64,000 nucleotides of DNA from an uncultured beta proteobacterium (lineage in GTDB: Bacteria > Pseudomonadota > Gammaproteobacteria > Burkholderiales > SHXO01): NCBI GenBank assembly GCA_963741215.1, contig CAVUHQ010000039.1, forward strand, positions 2,104 through 66,103, given 5' to 3'. Below the pieces are notes generated by a model, which was not told where the DNA came from, made no database searches, and saw only the letters and a list, made by a program, of their open reading frames with translations. Of the stretch, positions 28,389-38,697 are shown one piece after another; the first letter of the stretch is position 1, and each line of letters starts with the position of its first letter. Made by a program: the position numbers and the translations under genes.

Positions 28389-29642
28389 TCAGTGTTGGGC
28401 CGCGAACAGATCCTTGTGGATGCGCCCGTCCTTCATGACGAGCTTGATGTTGCCGGGGACTTGCAGCAGCCGGACATCCGACTGCGGTTCGCCGGCAACC
28501 ACGACCAGATCGGCAAGAAAGCCTTTCGCTACCTCGCCCGCCTGACCTTCCAGCAGCATCGCCGCGGCCCCGGTGCGTGTTGCCGCAACCAGGGCTTCCG
28601 CATCCGAGTAACCGAACAAGCGCACGAAATGTTCGAGATCGCGCGCGTTGGTCCCGTGCGGCGTCCAGGGAAAACCGTAGTCGCCGCCGACGAGAACGCG
28701 CACGCCGCGCCGGCGCAGCTCGGCGAACACTTTCTGCGCGCACTCGAATTGATCGACCACCCCGTTCAGCTTCGCTTTCTCGTAGGTGATGCCCCACTCC
28801 TGCGCCTCGAAGATCGTGTTGTGGAGCAGTCCGACTGCCGGTGCGACGAAGATCCGGTCACGGGCGGCCTCGAGGAGGTCGAGGCACTCCTCGTCGGCGT
28901 ATTCGCAGTGGTAGAGAATGTCGATTTCGCTTTCGAGCGCCAGCTTGATCGATGCCGCCGCGCGGACATGGGCGGCGATGCGCTTGCCGTGCGCATGTGC
29001 CGTGCGAGCGGCCGTGCGCACCTCGTCGTCGCGCATGATGGTCTGGTGCGGACGCGAGCCCGGGATCGTCTGATTTCCCGAGATGTTCAACTTGAGCGTA
29101 TCCACTCCCTCCCGCAACAGGGTCCTGCAGGTACGTGCCATCTCATCGACGCCGTCGACGATCATGGCGATCGATTCGCGGTAGATGTGCATGCGGCGCT
29201 CGTCGCCGAGATTGCCGGTATTGGTCAGCTCCGGGCTGGCCGCCAGCAGGCGCGGTCCCGGGATGCGCCCGGCATGGATCTCGTCGCGGAGGACGACGTC
29301 CAGGCGCGGCTTCGCCGACCCGCCGCTCAGACACGAGGTGAAGCCCGCTTCGAGCACGGTTTTCGCGTGGTACGTCGTCTGCAGCATATGCTCCTCGGGC
29401 GGCACGTCGCCGGTGTCGGCGATGTCGGCCTTGTGCAGGAACGGCAGGTGCGCGTGACCGTCGACCAGGCCAGGGATCACAGTGTGCGTCGAGATGTCGA
29501 TCCGCCGCGCCGCCCGGAATCCCGGTGGAGCGTGCGGCCATACCTCGACGATCCGGTTGCCGTCGACCAGGACGTTGGCAGGAAAGGCAGGCTTGCCGCT
29601 CCCGTCCCAGACCTTGCCGCCATGCAATAAGACCGTGTCCAT
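28389..29642 (-). CDS. amidohydrolase-family metal-dependent hydrolase
   Basis: MDTVLLHGGKVWDG...VIPGLVDGHAHLPF (HxH metal site) ...AAHVRAA...ILYHCEY...VLVGGDYG. 417 aa, intact. Confidence 0.8.
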   Translation of the reverse strand: MDTVLLHGGKVWDGSGKPAFPANVLVDGNRIVEVWPHAPPGFRAARRIDISTHTVIPGLVDGHAHLPFLHKADIADTGDVPPEEHMLQTTYHAKTVLEAGFTSCLSGGSAKPRLDVVLRDEIHAGRIPGPRLLAASPELTNTGNLGDERRMHIYRESIAMIVDGVDEMARTCRTLLREGVDTLKLNISGNQTIPGSRPHQTIMRDDEVRTAARTAHAHGKRIAAHVRAAASIKLALESEIDILYHCEYADEECLDLLEAARDRIFVAPAVGLLHNTIFEAQEWGITYEKAKLNGVVDQFECAQKVFAELRRRGVRVLVGGDYGFPWTPHGTNARDLEHFVRLFGYSDAEALVAATRTGAAAMLLEGQAGEVAKGFLADLVVVAGEPQSDVRLLQVPGNIKLVMKDGRIHKDLFAAQH

Positions 29643-29771
29643 GTTGCCTCCGTGTCCGTTGCGAGAGGTTAGCAGAGTCGAGGCGCGCCGACGCGCCTGG
29701 GTTTTTGGCTCGCGGGCCTGTAGCTCGCAGCCGCGGTTCGCGATATGCTCTGCGGCCCGAACGGACCATCG

Positions 29772-29799
29772 CCCTTTATCCAGGCCCCTTTATCCAGGC
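29772..29799 (+). repeat. perfect tandem duplication of the 14-mer CCCTTTATCCAGGC
   Basis: 29772..29785 equals 29786..29799. It ends 6 nt before the ATG at 29806, in the divergent promoter region. Confidence 0.9.
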
Positions 29800-29805
29800 T
29801 AGCCC

Positions 29806-32800
29806 ATGATCAAGGATTGGCTGCTCGTCTGGCTCGGCGTGATCGCCATCGCGTTTCTGGCGGTGCGCGGCCTGCGCTCGCTGCGGCGGAATGCGCCGCC
29901 GCCAAACCCTGCTGCCCCCGCGCCGCCCCGCCCCGCCGCGGCAACGCCGGCACTCCCCTGCGCAGACCGCCGGTGCACCACCCGCCGAGGCAAAGCCGTC
30001 CAGTCCGCTGGTCCTGGCCGACAAGTTCCGGGAGTTCTACGAAGCCTGCGCCCACCCCGAGGATCTGCTCGGGAATAGCGACTTCGAGGCGGGGGTGGTC
30101 CGCCTGTGCGATCCGTCCATATCGCTGGACCAGGTGGTGAACTACTGCGTGGGCGCCAACGCGCAGCTCGCCGTCATCGGAGCCGAGGCGCTGGCGCGGC
30201 GCGCGGACAGCGTCCCCGCCCTCGCGCGCGCGTTCGATCATCTGCGCTACGCCAATGTCTGGACCGCTTTCTTCATCCTGCGCTTTCTCGATGCGCGCAG
30301 CCGATCGCCCCGCCATCGGCCCGGTGATCGCGCAGACGCGGGAATGGTGGGCACGCAATCCGCTCATGCCGCAGATCGTCGGCGACTTCGTCGACCGCAC
30401 GCTTCGCCAAGGGCGAGAACCCGCAGTTGCGCGAGGCGCTGGAGGGAGCTGCCGAACTGGACGCCGACGACGTCGGTGCCCTGCTCGACGCTTTGATCAC
30501 ACCGCAGGCCGGCCGGCTGCGCGAAGCGTTCTGGGAGTGGCGCAAGACCCGCGTCGACGTGACCTTCCTGCAATCGGTGGGCAGGATTCGGGACACCGGG
30601 CGCGCTGTCGGCGTTGTCGTCGAGCACCCGCTGCTGTCCGCGGCCGTGGACGCCGGGCTGCAATGCCTGGAGCGCACGCCGCCGCAGTCTTTCCTGATCA
30701 CGCGGCGAATCGGGCATCGGCAAGACCGCGCTGTTCCACCTGCTGGCTGCGCGCCTGGCGGAGAAGGGCTGGACCATCTTCGAGGCCTCGGCGGTCGACG
30801 TGCTGTCGGGCCAGGTCTATATCGGCGAGCTCGAGCGGCGCGTGAAGCAGATGCAGGACAACCTGGACGCGGCCCGGCGCGTCGCTCTGGTACGTGCCCA
30901 ACTTCCACGAGCTGTACTACGCCGGCCGGCATCGCTTCAGCCCGCACGGGGCTGCTGGATCTGTTCCTGCCGGCGGTGGAGAGCCGGCCGCATCTGCATG
31001 GTGGGCGAAGTGCAGCCCACCGCGTTGCAGAAGCTGCTGCAGGAGCGGCCGCGACTGCGCCTCGCCTTCAAGGAGATGACGGCTCGAAGCGCTGTCCGCG
31101 GCCGAGACCCTGGACCTGACCGAGCGCCTGATCGAGCGCGAGTTCGTTCCCGCGACGCGTTTCGGTGCGGCCGACGGCGTGCTGCGCGAGGCCGCTCGAG
31201 CTGGCGCGCCACTATCTGAGCAGCCGGGCGCAGCCCGGCAACTGTTGCGAACTGCTGCGCTCGACCAAGTCGCGCCTGCGCGCAGCCGACGACGGCAGCA
31301 TCGCAGCTCGGGCGCGACGATCTGCTCGTCACGCTGTCGCAGCTCACCGGGCTCCCGCGCAGCGTGCTGGACGAGCGCGAAGGGCTCGATCCCGCCGGGC
31401 CTGCGCGCGTTCTTCCAGCAGCGCGTGATGGGTCAGCCCGAGGCGGTGACCTGCCTGGTGGACCGCGTGGCGATGCTCAAGGCGGGACTGACCGATCCCG
31501 AACCGGCCGATCGGCGTGTTCCTGTTCGCCGGCCCGACCGGCACCGGCAAGACCGAGGTGGCGAAGACGCTGGCCGAGTTCCTGTTCGGCTCGCAGGACC
31601 GCATGATCCGCCTGGACATGAGCGAGTTCCAGGAGCCCGCGTCGGTCGCGCGCATCGTCGGCGAGAGCGGCGAGGCGCGCGAGCGTCGAGTCGCTGGCTC
31701 GGCCGCATCCGCAAGCAGCCGTTCTCGGTGGTGCTGCTCGACGAGTTCGAGAAGGCGCACCCGCGCGTGTGGGACCTGTTCCTGCAGGTGTTCGACGACG
31801 GCCGGCTGACCGATGCGCAGGGCAACCTGGCCGACTTCCGCCACAGCATCATCATCCTGACCTCCAACCTGGGCGCCACTCAGCACCGCGCCGCCAGCCT
31901 CGGGCTTCAACCCGGCGGGCGGCGAGCTTCTCGCGAGCAGCAGATCCTGCGCGTGATCGCCGAGACCTTCCGCCCCGAGTTCGTCAACCGCCTCGACCGC
32001 GTCGTGGTGTTCCGCCCGTTGACGCCGCACGGTGATGCGCGAGATCCTGAAGAAGGAGCTGCGCAACGTGCTGCAGACGGCGCGGCTTCCGCAACCGCGA
32101 GTGGGCGGTGGAGTGGGAGGAGTCCGCGCTCGAGTTCCTGCTCGACAAAGGCTTCACGCCAGACATGGGCGCGCGCCCGCTGCGGCGAGCCATCGAGCAG
32201 CACCTGCTGGCGCCGATCGCCATGACCATCGTCGAGCACCGCTTCCCGCGAGGGCGATCAGTTCCTGTTCGTGCGCAGCGACGGGTGCGCCATTCAAGTC
32301 GAGTTCGTCGACCCGGACGCGGAGCCGGGTACACCGCTGGAGACGGTCGCGCCCGACGTGGAGCTGTCTCTGCCGCCCTTGGTTCTTGCCGCCAGCGGCC
32401 GCGACGGCGAGCGCCGATTCCTCGAGCAGCGGCTCGCGCTGCTCGAGGCTCTCCTCGACGGCACTGAATGGATCGAGCGCAAGCAGCAGTGGCTCAAGCA
32501 GATGAGCCGCACGGGGTTCTGGCACAGCGACGCTCGTTTCGAGGTGCTCGCCCACATCGAGCTGGCCGACCGCATCGAGAGCGGTGCACGGGCAGCGCGT
32601 TCGCTGTTCGGCCGGCTTGCGTCGCGTTCGGCAGCCAAGGCCGGCGCCCCGCGGACGCTGCTATCGGCGCTGGCGCAGCAGCTGTACTTGTTGAACGCGG
32701 GGCTGGAGGACCTGGACGCGGGGGTCGTGTCCGATGCCTTCGTCGCGATCGAAGCGGTGGCAGGCGACACGGCCAAGGCGGACGATGGATGGCCGCTCGC

Positions 32801-33221
32801 GCTGGCGCAGATGTACCAGCGCTGGGCGCACAAGCGGCAGATGCGCTCGCAGGTGCTGGTGGATGGAGCGCAGCAGGCCGGCGCGCTCGCGTTGCTGATG
32901 GCGGTCAGCGGGCTCGGTGCGCATGCCATCCTGCGCCGCGAGTCGGGCCTGCACGTGTTCGAGCTGCCCGACACCGATGGCTCGTTCCTGCGGCAGTCGG
33001 CGCGCGTGCGCGCCATGCCGCAGCCGTTCAAGCCGCGCCCCGTCCTGCAGTCCGAAGCGGACTTCGCGCGTGCCTGTCTCGTGAGCGCGCAGCCAAGCGC
33101 GAACAACATCGTTCGCCGCTACCGGGAGCAGCCCTCGCCGCTGGTGCGCGACAGTGTGGCCGGCTGGCGCACCGGGCGGCTCGACCAGGTGCTGGGCGGG
33201 GACTTCGATCTGATCTCCTGA
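29806..33221 (+). pseudogene. TM-anchored two-ring Clp/Hsp100-type AAA+ ATPase fused to a GGQ-less release-factor(RF2)-like C-terminal domain; 17 successive +1 frame changes in the first 2.5 kb
   Basis: Reading across ORFs 29806, 29891, 30255, 30427, 30800, 30894, 31165, 31179, 31364, 31516, 32032, 32108 and 32271. Motifs in order: MIKDWLLVWLGVIAIAFLAV; GESGIGKTAL; LWYVPNFHEL; [21 protein letters not shown]; [12 protein letters not shown]; IIILTSNLG; GARPLRRAIEQ. ORF 32271..33221 then matches RF2 landmarks (see findings). Confidence 0.75.
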
Positions 33222-33787
33222 TCGACTTCACCGATCAGTACCGACAAGAAGCATTTCGGTACCCCTCGCCAATTCACGCTTCGACTGCCTGATCCGAACC
33301 AGCTTGCTCCGCCCGGACGTCGACCTATCTCTTGCGCGGCTTGAGCAACCTGCGCAGACGCGCAGTTGTCTGTTTCCGATCGAGCTTCGACGCAGCCAGG
33401 TCCTATACCTTATTGGGCCATAGAGCACCATGCCGGCCCCCCGCTCGGAGAGGACGCGCATGATCGGTAGCCCAGCGCGCGCAAAGCAGACAACTCGCCG
33501 CTGGCGATAGTGCCTGCTCCGGCCCTCGGGGCGAGCCCGTGTGTTCGGAGAAGGAATTGCACCGAGACCGAGGAAAGACTAATGGACTTTGGCCGTGTTT
33601 ATACGGACACTGACCGATTGAACCCATCGATGTCGATTGATTGAAAGCTGGGTGTATCACGGAAGGGGCCGTCGCACGCCTTACATCTGCAGGTGGCGAC
33701 AAGGTGATTCGATGAAGCGTCGAGCGCTCCGTCTACGGCTTGCTGCGGGATGTGGTCGTGCGAGTGCCTGCTGATTCAGGCCAGAGC

Positions 33788-34797
33788 GTGATCCAACGAC
33801 ACTCTCGCCGAGCGTTTGTGAGTAGTCTCGCAGCACTGGCTATCAGCACTGCGATCGCATTCAAGTCCGCACGGAGCCCACGCCCAGCAGCCGGCATCGC
33901 CGCAGGCGTATCGGGGTCCTTCTCGTCGGGCCCTCACTTGAGAGCAAGGAGGCGCAGGCGTTTCGGCAGGGATTACGGGACGCGGGCTATGCGGACGGAC
34001 GCGATGTAGTGATCGAATGGCGATCCGCCGCTGGGGACTACGCTCGGGTACCGGCGTTGGCGGCCGAACTGGTCCAAAGCAAAGTGGATGTGATTGTAGT
34101 GAACGGTACGCCCGCAACCCGAGCAGCCAAGCGCGCCACATCCACCATTCCCATCGTCATGGTGCTCGTCGGCGACCCAGTCGGGTCTGGCCTGGTCGCG
34201 AACCTCGCGCGTCCTGGCGAAAACATCACGGGGCTCTCGATGATGGCGATCGAGCTCATCGCCAAGCGGCTGCAACTGCTCAAGGAGACGATCCCACAGC
34301 TGACCAGGGTGGCAGTCATCGGGAATCCAGACAACCCGATGCAGCCAAAGATGCTCGAGGACCTCAAGGCGGCAGCGCCCTCGCTGGCGATCGAGCTCAA
34401 GTTCGTCGGTGTGCGAACACCCGAGCAGTTCGATCCAGCCTTCTCGGCTCTCAGCCAGGCCCATGCACAGGCCTTGTACGCCATCGGGGATCCTTTCTTC
34501 CTTGCTCATCGAACGACACTTCTCAAACTGGTCTCCAAGGCCCGGCTGCCGTGCATCTACGCGGAGAGGAACTTTGTCGACGAGGGTGGGCTGATGTCCT
34601 ATGGGCCGAACCTCGCCGATGAGTTCCGCCGATCGGCCGGGTACGTCGCCAAAATCTTGAAGGGCGCCAAACCAGGCGACTTGCCGATCGAGCAACCGAC
34701 CAAATTCGAGCTCGTGGTCAACCTGAAAGCCGCGAAGGCGCTCGGCATCACCATCCCCGATTCAATTCTGCTGCAGGCGGATGAGGTGATCCGGTGA
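33788..34797 (+). pseudogene. ABC_sub_bind-family (COG2984-like) periplasmic binding protein; N-terminus frame-broken
   Basis: ORF 34009..34797 (...GDPVGSGLVANLARPGENITGLS...LPIEQPTKFELVVNLKAAKALGITIPDSILLQADEVIR). The upstream pieces HSRRAFVSSLAALAISTAIAF, HAQQPA and RIGVLLVGPSLESKEAQAFRQGL fall in three frames. Confidence 0.75.
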
Positions 34798-34910
34798 ACC
34801 GTCCGAATATCTACCCCCGGTGCATTCGAGCGGAGCGCCGAGCAGCTGCGCCTCGCTCGCCGGATACCAACCGCTCGACTTTGACATCGGACGTGACCAA
34901 GGCCAATGCG

Positions 34911-35332
34911 ATGAAACGAGGGGCTCTGCTCTTTGGCCTCGTAGCTTTGCTAGGAACCGTCTCCGTTGCCGCCCACGCACAGGAACGCGGACGGGTCCCG
35001 GTCGTTGGTGTGCTTACGCTTTCCGCCGGTCCGGAGGATCCCGGCGTGCAGGCGCTCCGCGACGGCCTTCGAATACCGCCTGCCCGCGATCTCTGACAAC
35101 TACAATCTGGCGAAAAGCCGGCACACTCATGTCGTATGGTTCCGACAATGTTGCCGCGTTCGGGCGCGCTGCATATTTTGTCGACCGGGTGCTCAAGGGC
35201 GCAAAGCCTGCGGAACTGCCCGTGGAACAGCCAGTGACGGTCAAATTAGTCGTCAATCAAAGAGCAGCCAAAGCGATCGGAGTCGTCATCCCGCAATCGA
35301 TCCTACTGCGATCCGACGAGGTTATCCGATGA
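34911..35332 (+). pseudogene. truncated ABC_sub_bind-family paralog with internal deletion
   Basis: The N-terminal ~60 aa (MKRGALLFGLVALLGTVSVAAHAQERGRVPVVGVLTLSAGPEDPGVQALRDGL) join out of frame to the C-terminal ~75 aa (...GTLMSYGSDNVAAFGRAAYFVDRVLKGAKPAELPVEQPVTVKLVVNQRAAKAIGVVIPQSILLRSDEVIR). The ~200-aa core is absent. Confidence 0.7.
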
Positions 35333-35440
35333 ACGACTGCCGAGAGTCTGGGCCTTCAATCGTTTTGCCTTCGACGTACCCCAGGTCTTGATCGAGGACT
35401 CACGAGATTGGCACGCTTGGACTACCCACCCGCCACCTTC

Positions 35441-37175
35441 CTACTCTGGAAACAGGGGGGTTGTTTGTCCTATACCCACAAGTACGTCGGCGTCGCCATG
35501 ACCCTTCGGCGTCGCCATGACCCTGTTGCGACCAGCCTGCTTGGCTGCGTAGAGCGCGCGATCGGCGCGCTCGAGCAGTTCCTGGGATGTGTTGTTCGGC
35601 CCAGGCACCAGCTCCGCCACACCGATGCTCGAGGTGACCCGTCCGAACGGAGAGGCGCCGTGCGGAATATCCAGTGCAGCGATTGCTCCCAGCACGCGCT
35701 GTGCAACGTCGAGCGCGCCATCCGTGTCGGTGACCGGCAGCAGGACCACGAATTCGTCGCCGCCGTAGCGCGCGGCCAGGTCTGCCGGGCGCTGCAGCGA
35801 TTGGCCGACCGCCTTGCCGACCAGGGCAAGGCAGTCGTCGCCGGCGGGATGCCCATGGCAATCGTTGTAGGACTTGAAGTAGTCGACATCGATGAACAGC
35901 GCTGTCAGCGGCCTATGGTCCCGACGCGCGCGCTCCCACTCCGTGGCGCAAACGATGTCAAAGTGACGGCGGTTATGCAGACCGGTCAGCGGGTCGGTGA
36001 TGGTGAGCGCACGAAGTTCGTCCTGTAGGCGCCGGTTCTCCTCCAGTTGCTGACGCAGGCGCCAATTGACGCGATAGAAGCGACGTGCGATCCAGACGAC
36101 CACGGCCAAGATGAGTGCGACGGCTGCAAGTACCCACAGCAGCCAGCGCAAGTCGGTCGGCTGCGGGGAATGGTAGATCAGTCCGCCGATATCGATGTTC
36201 GGCGCCGCCGGGTGCAAGGCCGAGTTCGCGGTACACGTCTAAGATGTGCTGCCAGCGGCCGACGTGCGAGTGGCCGAGCTCCACAAGATCCGAGCGCATC
36301 AGTGGCAGCATGCGTTCGGCCTCGAAGCGCAGTTTTTCCACAGGAAGGTCGGGCGCGTACTTCGCGTGAATGAGCGCAGAGATCTCCTCCTGATGTGCAA
36401 GAGCGTACTCCCAGCCACGCAGACTCGCCGCACGGAAGGCCTCCGCCCATTCCGGGTGCTTTGTCACCATCGCACGGGTGGTGAACAGCGTGTCGCCGTA
36501 AAAGTCCACGCCGCTGGAACGTGGCGTGAACTGGCGGTACTGCCCACCCGATTGCTGCAGGTAGTAGCTCTCGTCGGTCTCGTAGCCCGCGAGCGCGTCG
36601 ACGCGCCCCTGCACCAGGGTGTCCACGGTGTAGTCATGCTGCACGAGTTGCAGTCGGTCGAGCGGCACCTGCTCGCGCTGCAGGTAGGCGAAAATTTCGG
36701 TTTCCCACGGCGCGAGCGCCACCTTGTGGCCCGCGAGGTCATGCACGGTATCGATGCCAGCGTCGCGGCGCACGAACAAAGTGAGTGGTGAGTGCTGGAA
36801 GATGGAGGCAAGCACGACAATCGGGTCACCTCTCGCGTAGCGCAACACCAGCTCCGAGGATGCGACGCCGAAGTCGGCTCCGCCCTTCAGCACGGTCTCG
36901 ACAGGATCGGTGCCGGGGGTCGCCGGGATGATCGTCACGTCGAAACCGGCCTCATGGTAATAGCCCTTCTCGAGTGCCGTGTAGAAGCCGGCGAACTGGA
37001 ACTGGTGACGCCACTTGAGCTGCAGGCGCACCGGTGCAGCGTTTCCGGAGAACGTCTCGGCCGCACAGACGGTGGGCGTGGCCGCAAGGGAAAGGATGGC
37101 GGACATGACAACGGCCAGTCCAGTCCGCCACAACCCCAGACTGGTCTTTGTTGGTCGGCTATGTCTGTCACTCAT
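35441..37175 (-). pseudogene. periplasmic NMT1/THI5-like SBP domain - TM - GGDEF diguanylate cyclase; one +1 break near 36215
   Basis: ORFs 35973..37175 (LQLKWRHQFQFAGFYTALEKGYY...) and 35441..36217 (TM WLLWVLAAVALILAVVVWIA, then DPLTGLHNRRHF...RYGGDEFVVLL). Confidence 0.8.
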
Positions 37176-37425
37176 GCGGATCGTCCTTTTCCGGGCAGCC
37201 GTATTGTAGTATTGGTGGGCGATCGGCTCTTCATCAGGTCAACGACGGCGTGCTCCGAGGGGTCTCGCGCCAGTAGCGATCGCGGTAACGCTTGATCGCA
37301 CTGAGCAGAGCGGCGCAACGCTATGATCTCATGATATAAGTCTGTCATGGCGCAGCAACTTGGAGCTCGCCCTTAGCGCCCCCTTATTTTTTGGGGCGAA
37401 AACGGTCGCTATAAGCACCCGGGGC

Positions 37426-38544
37426 ATGAACGAGACTCGCAATTTGGCTGCTAGCATGGCGCAGGCCGCGCAGGCGCTGCTCGATTCGCTTTCGGCCGAG
37501 CAACGACAGCTTGCGCAATGGGAATTCCCGGCGGAGGAGGAGCGGCGCCGCTGGTTCTATACGCCGACCGACCACGGCGGCCTCACGCTCGGGCAGATGC
37601 GTCCGGCACAGCAACAGCGCACCATGCGGCTGCTGGCGACGGGGCTCAGCCGCGCCGGTTACATCACCGCCGCAACCATCATCGGACTGGAGAACGTTCT
37701 CGACGAGCTGGAAGCGTGGCGCATGTCGTACGGACAGGAGCGGGGACGCGATCCGGGCCGCTACTACCTGCGCGTGTTTGGCACACCCGGCGCCGACACC
37801 TGGTCGTGGCGCTTCGGCGGTCACCATGTCTCGGTCCACCACACCGTGGTCGGTGGCGAGCTGCGCGCGTTCACGCCCTGCTTCTTCGGTGCCGATCCGG
37901 CGCGTTCGCATTTGCTGGGGCTGCATGAGCTGCGGCCGCTGGCCGCTTGCGAAGATCTCGCGTTCGAGCTGCTGCGCTCGTTGAGCGAGGCGCAACGCGG
38001 CGTCGCGGTGTTGTCGCCGGTGCCGCCCGTCGATCTGGTCGGCGCGAATCGCACTGTTCTCGGCGAGGGGGACGGCCCGCTGCCGCTCACGAAGATCTGG
38101 CGCAGCGAGTTCACCGGCGAAGTGATGGATTTCCTGGAGCGCGCGCAGGAGTCCGAAGAAGCCAAGCTCGGTCTTACCGAAGCACACGTCGATGCGATGC
38201 GCTTCACGACGGTGCCGAAGGGCTTGAGCGCGGCAGCGATGAGCGCACCCCAGCAGGAGATTCTGCGGGCCTTGCTCGATACGTACGTGGGGCGCTTGCC
38301 CGACGCTATCGCGGAGCGCGAGATGGCCAAGATCACCGGCGCCTCGTTCCCCGCGTTGCACCTGGCGTGGGCCGGTAGCCTCGAGCCGGGGCGGGCGCAC
38401 TATTACCGCATCCAAGGCCATCGTCTGCTGGTGGAGTACGACAACACCACGCGGGATGCCAACCACGTCCATTCGGTGTGGCGCGATCCAGTGGGCGACT
38501 TCGGCATGGACGTGCTGGGCGCGCATCGGCGCCATGAGCACTAG
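37426..38544 (+). CDS. DUF3500-family protein
   Basis: ...RRRWFYTPTDHGGLTLGQM...YYLRVFGTPGADTWSWRFGGHHVSVHHTV...HYYRIQGHRLLVEYDNT matches my recollection of DUF3500. The start could instead be 37360. Confidence 0.65.
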   Translation: MNETRNLAASMAQAAQALLDSLSAEQRQLAQWEFPAEEERRRWFYTPTDHGGLTLGQMRPAQQQRTMRLLATGLSRAGYITAATIIGLENVLDELEAWRMSYGQERGRDPGRYYLRVFGTPGADTWSWRFGGHHVSVHHTVVGGELRAFTPCFFGADPARSHLLGLHELRPLAACEDLAFELLRSLSEAQRGVAVLSPVPPVDLVGANRTVLGEGDGPLPLTKIWRSEFTGEVMDFLERAQESEEAKLGLTEAHVDAMRFTTVPKGLSAAAMSAPQQEILRALLDTYVGRLPDAIAEREMAKITGASFPALHLAWAGSLEPGRAHYYRIQGHRLLVEYDNTTRDANHVHSVWRDPVGDFGMDVLGAHRRHEH

Positions 38545-38697
38545 TCTGCCTGCACCGGCGCCGGGCCGACGGTCCGATTCGATCACAACAGGCAAGGCGC
38601 TTAAGAGCGACAGACCGACGTTTCGAAACATTCGCGCTCGGAGCGGGCGGACTCTTTGCGTAGACCATCCATTCTCCCCGGGGTCCTACCTTCGTAT

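Noticed and set aside
29806-32270. Programmed +1 ribosomal frameshifting or transcriptional slippage as an explanation for the serial frame changes.
   Set aside because: There are 17 events in one gene and about 50 in the window. They share no slippery heptamer or stimulatory structure, and they occur in unrelated genes on both strands. Sequence error or decay is far more parsimonious.
33222-33787. 565-bp gap after the Clp-RF gene, checked for tRNA, riboswitch, IS ends or a hidden gene (ORF 33228..33461; weak 9-nt inverted repeat agttgtctg/cagacaact about 115 nt apart).
   Set aside because: I found no cloverleaf, no conserved riboswitch core that I recognise and no protein motifs in any frame. 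The inverted repeat is too short to be meaningful.
37368-37395. Hairpin-like CGCCCC-cttatttttt-GGGGCG upstream of the DUF3500 gene, considered as a terminator or attenuator.
   Set aside because: The T run is inside the loop rather than after the stem, and the stem is only 6 bp.
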